Of a stretch of DNA of 64,000 nucleotides, positions 33,834 to 50,329 are shown piece after piece. Source of the stretch: the human T2T-CHM13v2.0 reference genome, Homo sapiens; NCBI RefSeq assembly GCF_009914755.1, contig NC_060934.1. One strand, 5' to 3'. A program made the position numbers and the translations under genes. A model generated the notes under the pieces. The model was not told where the DNA came from and did not search any database. It worked only from the letters and a program-made list of their open reading frames with translations. How positions within the stretch are numbered: position 1 is the first letter of the stretch; every line of letters starts with the position of its first letter.

Positions 33834-34179
33834 AAGGAATTTTTAACGTTAGTTACCTTGTCTGCTTTTGCTTAGCCTTTGGACGAACAATCCAAAAAAG
33901 CTCTCAGCTTTAAAACGTTAGACCTTAGCTTCAGGTTGGCTTTTCATAGCCAAATGTCCTAAAATGTATCAGTGATTTAATGAGAGTAAATTTCCTATTG
34001 ATTAAAATTAAAGATCTTAAAAATTAAAATGAAGAGTTTTCATACATTTAAAAATAATGCCATTTTTTTGAATGATGAACTATGGTATAATGCATTTAGT
34101 GTTCATTCCAAACGTCAATCAATAAATAACATGGGCCTCTAGCTATAAGGGAAATTCTATAGGTAAAAGAACTGATTGA

Positions 34180-34330
34180 CCCCCACCCCCATAGGTGCTG
34201 TCCTGCTATGGAATCCCTTTGCTCAGTTTTCTCCTGTCCAATCAGGTGGAATGTTTCACAGGCACATGGTTTATACAGCTCAAAATAACTTGGGACCTGT
34301 GAGCTGACAAATGCTCTGGCTCCGGTGGTG
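34180..34330 (+). promoter_or_regulatory. MYPN: MYPN proximal muscle promoter
   Basis: CCAAT 34238-34242, E-box CAGGTG 34243-34248, MCAT GGAATG 34248-34253, E-box CACATG 34263-34268, MEF2-like CTCAAAATAA 34279-34288, TGACA plus CAAATG 34305-34313. Confidence 0.6.
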
Positions 34331-34536
34331 ACAGGTTGTCCAGCTTCTTACAGCCATCTTCACTGAAACTAAGGTTAACTCCTCACTCTCTATGGACGGC
34401 TACTCTCTATTTCCAAGGGCGTGAAGAATTTCCCTCTTCTCCTGTGCTTTCATCTAAAAGTTCTCCCTGGATAATTATCATTGCAGTGGAGTGCCTGGAT
34501 TGGACATCCTCATCTGGGTCAACTAAAAAAAGAAAG
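34310..34536 (+). other. MYPN: MYPN non-coding 5'UTR exon (start approximate)
   Basis: Donor AAG|GTAATA at 34536/34537; splicing to 46264 gives ...AAGAAAG|CATGCAA with A at -3 of the ATG. Confidence 0.7.
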
Positions 34537-35050
34537 GTAATATCCAGATTTAAGTTCACAAGTGTGTTTTGATAACAGGGCACTGACAGTGGAAAAGCGA
34601 ATATTTCAAAGAACTCATTACTGTTACTTGAAATGAAACCTAGGATAACTGTCTAATTACATATGACGGGACACGAAATTAAGTGAAAAATAAAGCTTTC
34701 CACATGTAAAGATTTTGGAGGGGATTGATGAGACTCACAGAGATCACAGACTACTTGAGTTCCTAAGGAAAAATATCTCAACAGAAGAAGTTGTGACATG
34801 TTGCATATCTCATTGGCATTTTCCACACATTCATTTATTAAAAGAATGTTGTTTATATAGAGAATATGTAAGCAATGCCAGTTTCCTTTTTAAAGGAAGT
34901 TGAATCTAAAATAATATGCCTGCATAAAGACTTTCATTTTAAATTTTTTTATCATGTAAAAGGATACGCTTGCTATATTTAGTGTTGGGAGATCTGCTCC
35001 CTGGATTAATGTACACAACAGCTGCAGAAAGTCTTGCTCAAGGGACATTG

Positions 35051-35108
35051 CTCTTTCTTTCTCCTTTCTCTCTCTCTCTCTCTCTCTCCGTCTCTTTCTC
35101 TCTCTCCC
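35051..35108 (+). repeat. (CT)n / pyrimidine microsatellite
   Basis: Direct observation. Confidence 0.9.
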
Positions 35109-38100
35109 TTTTCAGCTGCATCAGAAAGACACTTGACAGTCAGTGGCAAATGTTTGGCCTGGTACATTGCACTATTAGCAGTAATAGATGCACATCTTGA
35201 GTTAAATTTTAAAAACTGTATAAGCAAAGACAGAGAAAAGATGGATTATTATGTATTTCCAGTCCTCAAAAGTGAACATTACAGTAATGGTGTTAAGGAA
35301 TTTTAGTAACTTATCAACAGATTTTTATATGCTTATTAAAGATATTAACATCAGCTTGAAAGAAACAACACAGTCATCCAGTTTTCTTTCTCAAAAAAGT
35401 ATGATTCAATTACTTTTACTTTAGTAATAATGAAATGAATCCTACAAACACTAAATTAAAAATTTGTCATAACTTTATAGTCTCTCCTTAATAATAACAG
35501 CTCTTGAGTTCACATAAAATTCATAATCCTTTTCTAGGAAATTGAGAATGTCTATACTTACAGCTATCATAAACATATTTTTTAAAACAGAAAATAAGAT
35601 ATACTGTCCGACACATGATTTGACAACAAGCAAAATATTTAAAATCAAGGCCATCCCAAGAAATCTGAAATATATGGATAATATACTTACAGAGGTGTCA
35701 AGAGATAAAATTATAGGCCTTACAGAATCTTATAATAATGGACTATGAAACAAACAGTTGAACACTATCCAAATTCTGGAAGTGTGTCTCTATCCCCACT
35801 TATAGTATATGGCTAATGCTACTGGAACTCATAATAATGTGTTAAAACCCCAGTCTTCCATATATCTACAATTTATAATATAGACACTACTACAATATGC
35901 TTACAAAGGCACTTTCAGTAGAACAGACACAGAACCACAATTTATGGACACAAGAAGTTGAATGAGTTTTTGTCCAAGCTGGTTTTGGAATTCATAGTGG
36001 TAGTTTTTGCAAATTTGCTTTTGAACATATGAGACAACAGGTAAATCAGGTTCCATTTTGAAAGGGTTTTAATGAACTAATGTTGGTATGTGAAAAAGTG
36101 AGAGTTCAATTTTTCAACAGTTAGTTCCTACACGTAATAGGAATAGTAGACTCAGTTCACTAACCTGAAAATATAAGTCAAATGCTCCTGCCAACCCTAG
36201 AACAATTAATTTTTTTTTCATTCACATTGAGATTTGACAAAGATGTTGCTGGTCTCATGGTGTTAGATAACAAGATAGAAAAATGAAAGGGTTTTCTTAA
36301 CAGGTTTTCCCCTCTCCTAGGGGATGATATTTTTTAAAATATCTCTGTGGTGCTTCATGGTTGACCAAATGCTTTTGAAACTACTATAACATTACCCATT
36401 TGCTTAAAGGGAACAACTTAGGTAGAGACTAAATGGTCTGTTTAGAAATTTAAGAACAATTTCAGCAGATATATTTTTGGTGGGAACAAAGGTTGGTGGG
36501 ACTATTTACCTGCAGTAGCTATAGAGTTCTCAGAGTTCATGTATAACCAGAGTCACCTTGACAAGCTCTGTGCAGGCTCCCTGCTACGGAGACCTCCACT
36601 CGGAGTCACAGTGCACTCCACTCTCAGGGAGGGGCCCAATAGAGCCTCCCAACAAAGTGCTTGAACTAGAACTTGATCTTGAGATCCCTTGGGACACCTA
36701 CTGCTCTCTCAATCTAGCAAATGTATTATGTCAATTTAATTAGGGAAGTTAGCTTTTTTCAAATCCTTAATTACCTTAAAAATGACACAAATAGTAAGAA
36801 GCTGAAGAAGAATGAAAGTGTTAAATTTTTGCATTTAAAAAATAAATATTTGAGTTGATAGGGATTGACGAAGTTTTCCCATTTGGGATTTCCTTTATAA
36901 CAGTTTGGTTCATTATGAATGGTGAGATCTTGAGAGTGATATAAAACCTCCTATGCCTATCACTTTTGTGACAACCACCAAACCCTTTTTCTTTTTTGAT
37001 CCTAGATTCTTGAAGTCTTCTTGATTGCCTTCCATGAGACTTTCTATGGGCCATAGGATTTATTTTTTACAATATTTCTTCTCTGTCTTTCAGATTAAAT
37101 AGTACCTTTGAGCTCTGGCTGCAGTGTCTTTCACTAGCGCTTCCCTACATGTTTGTCATCCTCTGGATACAAAAACATACATAATACGCTTCGTAGGAGC
37201 CAGTCTTTTTTCTCCCACTCAAACGAAATCTTTACTTTCTTTCCTACATTCTTACTTTTACCAATTCGATTAAAATAATAATAAGAAAATGGCCTACTCA
37301 CCTTTGGCTTATTATCTAAAAGTCTTCATTACTTAACCTCTGCCCTTAAAGGAATGTCCCTAAACGGATTCTCATTAATTCCCTGATGGATCATCTCTGC
37401 TCGGCCTCTTTATCTCAACATTCTTTTCTGATGTATGCATTTGTCTGTATTTATCTTTTCTTCTTTCAAACTGAAAAATTTTTGAGATAATGTGTCTTAT
37501 ATGATTTCCATATTATTATTGACATATCATTTCCATATTCCTCAAGTTCTTACTCTGGTAATGCAGTATATACTAATTTATTAAATTACTAATGCCGTTC
37601 ACACGAAAAATAGACTAGAAATAAAAGTAAGATGGGGATGATCACTGTGATAGTGAAGGGATGGATATTGTAATAGTGTACCAAGTACACTCCATCTGCA
37701 CCCAGATTTTAAAAAGGTGATCTGTACATAACTCTCCAGGACTGGTTCCCGTTCACTGGGATTTGGTTTTTGACCCAGCAAGAACTTCTCCAAAAGAACT
37801 GACTTAGATACTTCTCTAGGGTGATATCATTGGATATAGAAGGCAAAACCAACAGGTCAATACTGGCATTAAAAAGAGGGAGCAAAGTCTATTTTTTCTT
37901 TCCCTAAAAAGCATTCTGGGCATATTAATTACACATCACCAGCAAAAGGTCACCTCAAATTTGCATAGTGCTCTACAGTTTTAAAGTGTTTTCACAAACA
38001 GACCTATGAAATGAGTAGGGTAGTTCTGCTCATCCCTGTTTTAGATGAGTTACTTAAACATATTTATCTTTTCCTATCCTGGCTCTCTTTACAAATAATT

Positions 38101-38229
38101 ATTAACTATTAGGCTATTTTTGGGCCTGCCTCTAAACCAGATTTAGGTTACTTAGGAGTTCTTTGGTTTTTTCATGAATGTGCTTCCCACATTATAAGGA
38201 ATGTAGAGCAGTGTTTAAAGACACATGTA

Positions 38230-38526
<297 letters not shown>

Positions 38527-38554
38527 GACACATTTAAAAAAATAATAAATTCGT

Positions 38555-38870
38555 TTTTTTCAGCTTTATGAAGGTTTAATTGACAAATTAAAAATTGTAT
38601 ATATTTGTGGTGTACAAGGTAATGTTTTGCTGTATGTATACATTTTGCAACGATTAAATCAAGCTAATTAATATATCCATAGCCTCACATACTTACCACT
38701 TTTTTGTGTGGTGAGAAAATTGAAGCTCTACTCTTTTAGTAATATTCAAGAATACATTACATTATTACTAACTATAGTCCCCATGCTGTACAGCAAGGCT
38801 CCATAATTTATTCCTTCTCCTGTGTAACTGGAACTTTGTACCCTTTGACCAACATCTCGGCATTCCTCAC
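38555..38870 (-). mobile_element. L1MA-type 3' fragment
   Basis: AATTGTATATATTT...TAAATCAAGCTAATTAA...CCCTTTGACCAACATCTC. Confidence 0.75.
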
Positions 38871-39097
38871 ACCCAGATTTGTTTTCTCATTTAAGTATCT
38901 AATACTTCACAATCAGAATACTTCACTATTTATGTTTGAATTCAAGTTACTTCATACTAGTTTTTGCCAATTCTCTGGTCAATGCCCCAGCTTAAATTTT
39001 CATATTATAACTAAAAAATGAGTTTATTCCATGTATTTCCAACAACAGGGTCTTCTTAGAGCCTGAAGAAGGATAGCACCGAGTTAACATGAGTTGA

Positions 39098-39466
<369 letters not shown>

Positions 39467-39715
39467 TAAACCTGACTCAACATTTTCAGAAAGTTCTTAG
39501 GGCAGATCCTCTTTTCTGGAAAAGTCCTAGGGAAAAAAATAGAGATATTTAGGAAAGTAAAGGAAGTAAAATAAGCTGTCTATGTTGCCAAATTATTTTA
39601 CGTGATTTGCTAAAGTCTATCTTGATGTTTGATGCCACATTAATTGTTTCATTTCCAATCTGGTGCCATTTCATCAATGCCATGATCTGTTTTCAAGGGT
39701 AATTACTCATTCTTA

Positions 39716-40997
<1,282 letters not shown>

Positions 40998-41169
40998 TTA
41001 TAGGGTACCTATAAGAGCACTTATGATTTTTTTTAAGTACAAATTTTATAATAGTTATAAAATTAATGCTTAAAATAGAAAGTTTTTAAATTAATGCTTA
41101 AAAAAGAAAATAATTTTCATATTTTTTATTTTGGCTAATATTTTATCAGTTTAACAATTTATATATGCA

Positions 41170-41592
<423 letters not shown>

Positions 41593-41758
41593 AAAGCATG
41601 ATTTCAGTTATTTTATCCATCATAAATAAATTTTCACTTGAAAGTCATCTTAAAGTTATGACTGCCTTTACCAGTTTATAGTTTTTCTTTGTGTCTATAA
41701 GTTTTCTTTGACCTCCTTTATCTGTCCTATTTTATCCTACAATCAAAAGTGAAAGATA

Positions 41759-42092
<334 letters not shown>

Positions 42093-42639
42093 CTAATGAA
42101 CACATAAATTCAAAAAAAAAAAATTTATTGACCACCTTCTATGTGCTATGTGGGTGCAGAGACGATGGTGTACAAAACATAGTGAAGGAGACAGAGAAGA
42201 AAATACACTTCATATATTGTGATAAGTACTGTGTTTGGAGACTGTGTCAAGGACAGTGAGCTTTGGGAGCACATTGGAGAGGTACCCAACTCAGGGAAGA
42301 GAAGAAATCCCAGGGCAGTGATGTCTCAGCTAGGAACCAAAGACCATGTAGGATTAGGCCTGATAGGATAGTGAAAAGAGGTGGGCACAGGAAGCAGTCC
42401 AAGCAAAGAGAATACAAAGATCTGAAGTCAACACAGTTAATTCATGAGACTGTATTTCAATAGAATACAGATACACTGAATTAACTATGAATGTAGACTT
42501 TGGTTTTTCTTCAAATTTTTCCTCGGATCAAGCCACTTCACTAGTTCTGCCTCCATTTCTTATCTATAAAATGGAGGCCATGATACATGGCCACAGCTGT
42601 TAAATAATAATAATAATTATTATTATTATAGTAATAGTA

Positions 42640-42840
42640 ACTTCCATTTATTGAATGTTTACTAAATCCCAAGCACATTTAATCATCACTTCTACCTATG
42701 ATATGGCTACTACTATTATATCTGTTTTACAGATGAGTAAACTGAGGCATATAGAGTTTAAACTTTCCCAAGTTTATACGAGGATATTAGGAAGTGTCAG
42801 AACTAGGATTTGAACCCAGTTCTATCTAATGCCAAAGTAC
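42640..42840 (-). mobile_element. MIR
   Basis: TTTTACAGATGAGTAAACTGAGGC...GGATTTGAACCCAG. Confidence 0.75.
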
Positions 42841-43371
42841 TAGGTCATAAGTACTACATTAAAACATTAAAGAAATCTTTATTTTGAATACCTGAAAGTT
42901 TTGTTGTAATAATTTATCATAACCATAAACATAAGAACAGGTACATTAACACCTCAATTGGCTTCTTTTCTTAAAAAAAAACTTATCTAAGAATTTTATT
43001 TTCTATTTCCACCACAAATATAAACTTTTTTAAAGTTCTTCAACTTTAACATCACCTTCACCAAAGCATTGTTTTTTACAAACATCAGTTGAATACCCAT
43101 TATAGTGGCAAGCCCTATTTTAAGGACTTTGCCTTTGATGTTATTAATCCTTACTCCCCTGGGAAATAGATTTTTTCATGTTTTACAGATGAAGAAACCA
43201 AAGCTCAAATAAGTTAACTTCTCAGAGTTACATAATTGTTACGAGATGAAGCAGAATTTGGAATTAGATCTATCTGGTACCAAGGCCAATGCTCATTCCA
43301 TGTTGCCTCAGTATAAAAGCTATCTCAAAATAAAGAGTAAAAGACAAAGTCACATTAAAACACAATATACA

Positions 43372-43655
43372 GGCTAGGCACGATGCCTCATGCCTGTAAT
43401 CCCAGAGCTTTGGGAGATGGAGGTGGGAGGATCACTTGAGGTTCTTTGAGTTGGAGACCAGCCTGGGCAACATAGAGAGACCTCGTTCCTACAGAAAATT
43501 TAAATATTAGCCAGGTGTGGTGGTGCGTGGCTGTAGTCCCAGCTACTTGGGAGGTTGAGGAGGGAGAATTGCTTGAATCCAGGAGTTTAAGGCTACAGTG
43601 AGCTATGATCATGCCACTGTGCTCCATCCTGGGTGAGGGAGTGAGACCCTGTCAA
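43372..43655 (+). mobile_element. AluJ-like
   Basis: Alu body whose tail has become a purine repeat. Confidence 0.9.
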
Positions 43656-43702
43656 GAAAGAAAGAGAGAAAGAGAGAGAGAGGGAGGGAAAAGAGTGATG
43701 AA

Positions 43703-43770
43703 GGAAGGAAGGAAGGAAGGAAGGAAGGAAGGAAGGAAGGAAGGAAGGAAGGAAGGAAGGAAGGAAGGAA
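43703..43770 (+). repeat. (GGAA)17 microsatellite
   Basis: 17 perfect GGAA units, counted by hand. Confidence 0.93.
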
Positions 43771-44221
43771 ATTTAAAAAACCACAATAAACAGTAATGTC
43801 CAATGAATAGAGAGAAAGCCATCCTGATTTATAAGGCACTTAATTTCCCCCCCATCTAAACAGAAACAGAAAATTAAACGAGGCTAAAGAAATAGTTGAG
43901 TTACAAATGAGGATTTTCGGTATATTAATTACATTTTCAAATAACATTTTGCACCTTATTTCATATATCTTTAACTGTTACTACATGTAGTTGGTGCACA
44001 AATGAGAAAGATTTTCAATTGGGGTATCAATTATACTTTCATATACTATTTTGTGTATTATTCACTGTTCCATGAAATTTAATAAATAGCCATATAGTTC
44101 TATTTAATGAGTAATAATTTAATTAACTAATTTCTTATTACTGAACATGGTTACAATTTTTAAATATTATCATGTGATAAACACCTTTGTAGACAAATCT
44201 TTGCCCTCCAACACCTTTGCA

Positions 44222-44595
<374 letters not shown>

Positions 44596-44907
44596 TAGCT
44601 CTAGTACGGGCAATCTCAGTCTGTGGCAAGTAGGTGGGAAAAATATTTTACTGTGGATGGTCCTTTCAGTCATCTCTAATTGCTTCTCAAGGTGGCTGCC
44701 TACTTTGCCAAATCAGAGGTTAGTTTGGGATAGCATTATAGAAGTTTGGGAACTGGGACAGTTCCTAGGAAGCCTTTTGTGTGATATAAGTGATGCTGTC
44801 ATATAAGAGAATGGAAAGAAATCAACTGAAGTAAGTTCTATTATAGGATGTTAAAGCCAGAAAATATTTAGAAGATTACTTTTTTCTCCACTTTCCCACA
44901 CAGTAGC

Positions 44908-45078
44908 CAAGAATGGCAAATAGTCTTCATCTCCATTGCCATCTCTGATTGGTGATGGCTGAAGGAGTGGAGTGTTAGGAAAGTCAAGGTCAAGGGGAAA
45001 GTACAGTAATCACTGAGCTGCAGCTTTTAAGGATGAGAGAGAGTAGTGACAGCCTAAGTCACAAATTTGCCATCCTTT
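44908..45078. mobile_element. hAT-Charlie MITE (MER117-like)
   Basis: Terminal inverted ATGGCAAAT...ATTTGCCAT. Confidence 0.45.
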
Positions 45079-45821
45079 AGTAAATGTTTGAATGAATAAA
45101 TGGATATAATATTAAAAATACAAAATTGGCTTGCATTATTATATTACTTTCTTAAGACTTTAAAAATATTTATTTTTTGAATAGGTAATATCATATAATT
45201 AAAATTCAAAAGTTAGGAAGAACACAGAGCGAAGTCTCCTGCCAAGCATCATATTCCATTATATCTCATTTCCCCTCTTAACCAAAGTTAATTTAAGATT
45301 TTTTAAAAACCTAGGCTCTAACTCATATCTTTGTAGCCTAATATGAAGAAGCTAAATCATCATAGTTTTCAAGAACAGGTTGAGCCTAATAACAACATTG
45401 AATTTAAACAGCTTGTCTCTAGCAAGCTTGTCAAAAAACAAAAGCATTGTTTACTTTCCATGAGCTAGCTAGATCAAGTTCATATTTTCAGTAACTAGGT
45501 GAGATTATGTTGTCAATATCTTTCAATTTCTATAATTCTATTACATTCAAGGTAAAGAGGAGAGGGTGGAGAGCAAATCTCTGTGTATGAAAGCACTGTA
45601 TAACTAAAAGACCATTATCGACATTATCAATATCAGGCTTAGAAATGTTATTTAATATTATTACAGTTATGTCACGGCCTTCACAACTGAACTTGCCTTT
45701 AAAGAGTTTAATAAAGTGGTAATCATCCAGGTCTTTATTTTCAATTTCAGGGAAATTTCATTCTGTTCTTATTTATTTCATAATTTGAGAGTAATATTTA
45801 AGTCTTTAAAGTTTGTAAAAG

Positions 45822-46125
<304 letters not shown>

Positions 46126-46264
46126 AGTTTGTAAAAGTATTAAAATTAGGCAATTCTTTATTTTGAGCTTTAATTTCTAACGAGTCTGCAGTGCTATAAT
46201 AGACATAGACTTGTTATTCCCTAGAAATGATCCAAACTTTTTGTTATTATTATTTTGTGACAGC

Positions 46265-47166
46265 ATGCAAGACGACAGCATAGAAGCTTCTACTTCCATA
46301 TCTCAGCTTCTAAGAGAGAGCTATTTAGCTGAAACCAGACATCGGGGAAACAATGAGAGGAGTCGAGCGGAGCCCTCCTCCAACCCTTGCCATTTCGGCA
46401 GTCCTTCTGGGGCCGCTGAAGGAGGCGGAGGCCAAGATGACCTTCCAGATCTTTCAGCCTTTCTGAGCCAAGAAGAATTAGACGAAAGTGTCAATTTGGC
46501 AAGACTGGCCATCAATTACGACCCTTTGGAGAAGGCAGATGAAACTCAAGCTAGAAAACGACTTTCTCCTGATCAGATGAAACACTCACCTAATTTAAGT
46601 TTTGAGCCTAACTTCTGCCAGGATAACCCTCGAAGTCCCACCAGCTCTAAAGAAAGCCCCCAGGAGGCAAAAAGGCCACAGTATTGTTCTGAAACCCAGT
46701 CCAAAAAAGTATTTTTAAATAAGGCTGCCGACTTCATTGAAGAGCTATCCTCCCTTTTCAAATCCCACAGCTCCAAAAGGATTAGACCTCGTGCCTGCAA
46801 AAACCACAAGAGTAAACTGGAATCTCAAAACAAAGTTATGCAGGAAAACAGCTCCAGTTTCTCAGATCTGTCAGAAAGACGAGAAAGATCTTCTGTTCCC
46901 ATCCCTATCCCTGCGGATACCAGGGATAATGAAGTGAATCACGCCCTGGAACAGCAGGAAGCCAAGAGGCGTGAAGCGGAGCAGGCTGCCAGTGAGGCGG
47001 CTGGTGGAGACACTACACCAGGGTCTTCCCCTTCATCTCTGTACTATGAAGAACCTCTGGGGCAACCTCCCCGGTTCACTCAAAAGTTACGGAGCAGAGA
47101 AGTTCCAGAAGGAACTCGAGTACAGTTGGATTGCATAGTGGTAGGAATTCCACCACCTCAAGTAAG
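46265..47166 (+). CDS. MYPN: Myopalladin, first coding exon (aa 1-300 plus a split codon): N-terminal region and start of Ig domain 1
   Basis: Translation MQDDSIEASTSISQLLRESY...PRFTQKLRSREVPEGTRVQLDCIVVGIPPPQVR is the human myopalladin N-terminus, including Y20. Acceptor TGACAG|C at 46263/46264, donor AAG|GTAAAA at 47166/47167. No later coding exon was recognised in the window. Confidence 0.97.
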
Positions 47167-47423
47167 GTAAAAATGTCCCATTGGTAATGCTGAGTAATGT
47201 TGCTTTCCATCTACCATGACCCTCCCAAGTATTATCATTTAAGCACCTGGTTTACAAAATTATATACTCCCTTTGAGAAAAGTAGTCGGTATCTAAAGCA
47301 GCTTGGTCCAATAGAAATGTAAACCTAGTCACGTATGTAGTTTTAATTTCTCTAGTAGCTACATTTTTAAAAACTAAAAAGAACCAGGTGAAATTAAAGT
47401 TAATAACATACATTATTTAACTA

Positions 47424-47770
<347 letters not shown>

Positions 47771-47918
47771 TCAACATATAACCAATATAAGAATTATTAA
47801 TAAGATATTTTACATTATTTTTATTATACCAGGGATTTGAAACTCGGCGTGAATTCTACACTGACAGCATATTTCAATTTGGATGTTAAATTTTCCTAGG
47901 GAATACAACCTTCATTTT

Positions 47919-48210
47919 GGCCGGGCGCAGTGGCTCCAGCGTATAATCCCAGCACTTTGGGAGGCCGAGGCAGGCAGATCACTTGAGGTCAGGAGTTCAA
48001 GACCAGCCTGGCCAACAGGGCGAAACCCCATCTCTACTAAAAATACAAAAAAATTTAGCCGGGCGTGGTAACAGGCATCTGTAATGCCAACTATTCAGGT
48101 GGCTTAGGCAGAGAGAATTTCTTGAACTTGGGAGGCAGAGGTTGTAGTGAGCCGAGATCGCACCACTGCACTCCAGCCTGGGCTACAGAGCGGAGGCTCC
48201 ATCTCAAAAT
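47919..48210 (+). mobile_element. AluS
   Basis: Full body. Confidence 0.92.
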
Positions 48211-48220
48211 GAGTAAATTA

Positions 48221-48546
<326 letters not shown>

Positions 48547-48879
48547 GTATAATTAAAAATTCAGTTATTTAGTTGCACGAGCCACATTTCAAGTGCCCAG
48601 TAACTGCATGTGTCTAATGACTACAGTATTGGACAGCGCAGGGCTACAATTTATAGCCTAAAAAAGGTCTCTATGCAATGAATACCTGCAGTATTTTTTT
48701 AAACTTTAAAGAAACCCAAATAATAGCATAAAAACCTATAGAATTGGGCTGAGGCTAAAGTCAATTTAAAGATTCATTATACATGTATTAAATGTATTAT
48801 ACACTTTCCATGTCAGCTTCATGAAAGCTATGACTGATGGATAGAGAGGTTATTCATCTTTTATTTGCCTACCATGGTC

Positions 48880-49030
48880 AGCTTTTCTGTGAGGCAAATG
48901 CAGTGCAAGTTTCAGGACGCCTCACTTGACTAGGCTATACCTAATTTTGCATTCTAAGTTTATTTTACTTTTTAAAGGAGCCCTTCCACATTTATGAGCT
49001 TCAGGTCCCACAAAACCTGGAACCAGCGTT
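48880..49030 (+). mobile_element. MER53-like
   Basis: GCTTCAGGTCCCACAAAACCTGG and ACCTAATTTTG motifs; an inverted relative lies at 58200-58362. Confidence 0.6.
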
Positions 49031-50329
49031 AGCCCCTAGGGTAACATGTCCTACTTTTGATTTTATAATGGAATAACATGTGAAAAATGTGGTTGAAGTG
49101 GATTACTTTTGTAGAGAATTCCTGGTATTTAGAGTCCTACAAGAGTTACTTTGTGTTTGTAACTACCTGATTATTACTAGAATATGATTTCATTACTATT
49201 TAACATTTATTCTCTGTATGTAAATAGGGCATCTGGGCATCATCTTTTTATTCCATAATATTCAATTATAGGACAATAGTAGTATTAATAATAGCATTTT
49301 TGTTTATATATAGGCATATTAATTCAAGGGATTCTGGCCCAAAGACATATTCATATATTGATTTTTGCTTTTCAAAGGCGACATAAGGCAATGCCAAATA
49401 TTATTTCTACAGTGGCAGATACATTTGACTATTAGGTTATCCTGCTGACCTCCTTGAGGGCAGGGATTCTGTTGTTTTTACCTTTGTGTCTTGAGCACTG
49501 AGCACAGCTTTGGGCTCATGGTAGCCACTCAGAAATGTTGAATGAGCTAGTGGATAAAGAAACAGGAAAACAAGAAACTCAACTTAGATTTAAATCAGAA
49601 GTGAGACCGTTGGCCTAAGATGTAGCAAAGGGTTGGAACTGAAAAACACAGGGCGGTGTCTACTCTTCTGCTCTGAACGTGCCTGATGATACTCCCTGGG
49701 ACTCTGGTTGGTAATGCTAGTGAGATGTCACTACAGCCCCATGACAGCTACTACTCAGCAGCATCTGGTCAGTCTAAGTAAGCTGGTGAGCACTCCAGTT
49801 GTGATATACACAAAACTTAGGTTAGTCCTGTCCAATCCATTAGTTTCTGGACATAGATTGATTAAAAAAAAAATTAGACCAGATCATTCAGGTCTCATCC
49901 TACTCATTTTTCAACCATGACAATCTCAGATACAAGAATGAATTCAATGCACCACTAAGAAATGTCAATTAGGAAGACATTCCCCACAAAGCAAAGTAAT
50001 CTGGTGGCCACTCAGAAACCATTTAATCAGCCAACTAAAAATTTGCAAATCTTCAAATTTAAAAGTGAAAGAAATGTACACAGTTTCCATGTAGCAATGC
50101 TAATTTTTCCTGGGAAGAATTTCTTTACTGACAGCAATCATGCCTGTATCCTAACCACTGGTTGGATGCTAGGAAATTAGTAGGTATATGCTAAATATTT
50201 TCTGAATGAGTTAGTACTTAATTTTATGACTGCAATTAGATTAAGAATAGAATTAGAATTGTCCGAGTAGACTATTAGCTGCCATTTTCCTAAGCACAGA
50301 ATTTATATAACTCCAATCAGAAAGCAAAT

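Noticed and set aside
41058-41110. Short tandem duplication AAATTAATGCTTAAAA
   Set aside because: Ordinary slippage in AT-rich DNA
46211-46264. 18-aa N-terminal extension shown in the ORF track
   Set aside because: It starts at TTG inside the intron's polypyrimidine/acceptor region; the true start is ATG 46265
46321-46937. Antisense and alternate-frame ORFs overlapping the MYPN exon
   Set aside because: Short shadows of the real CDS with no independent evidence
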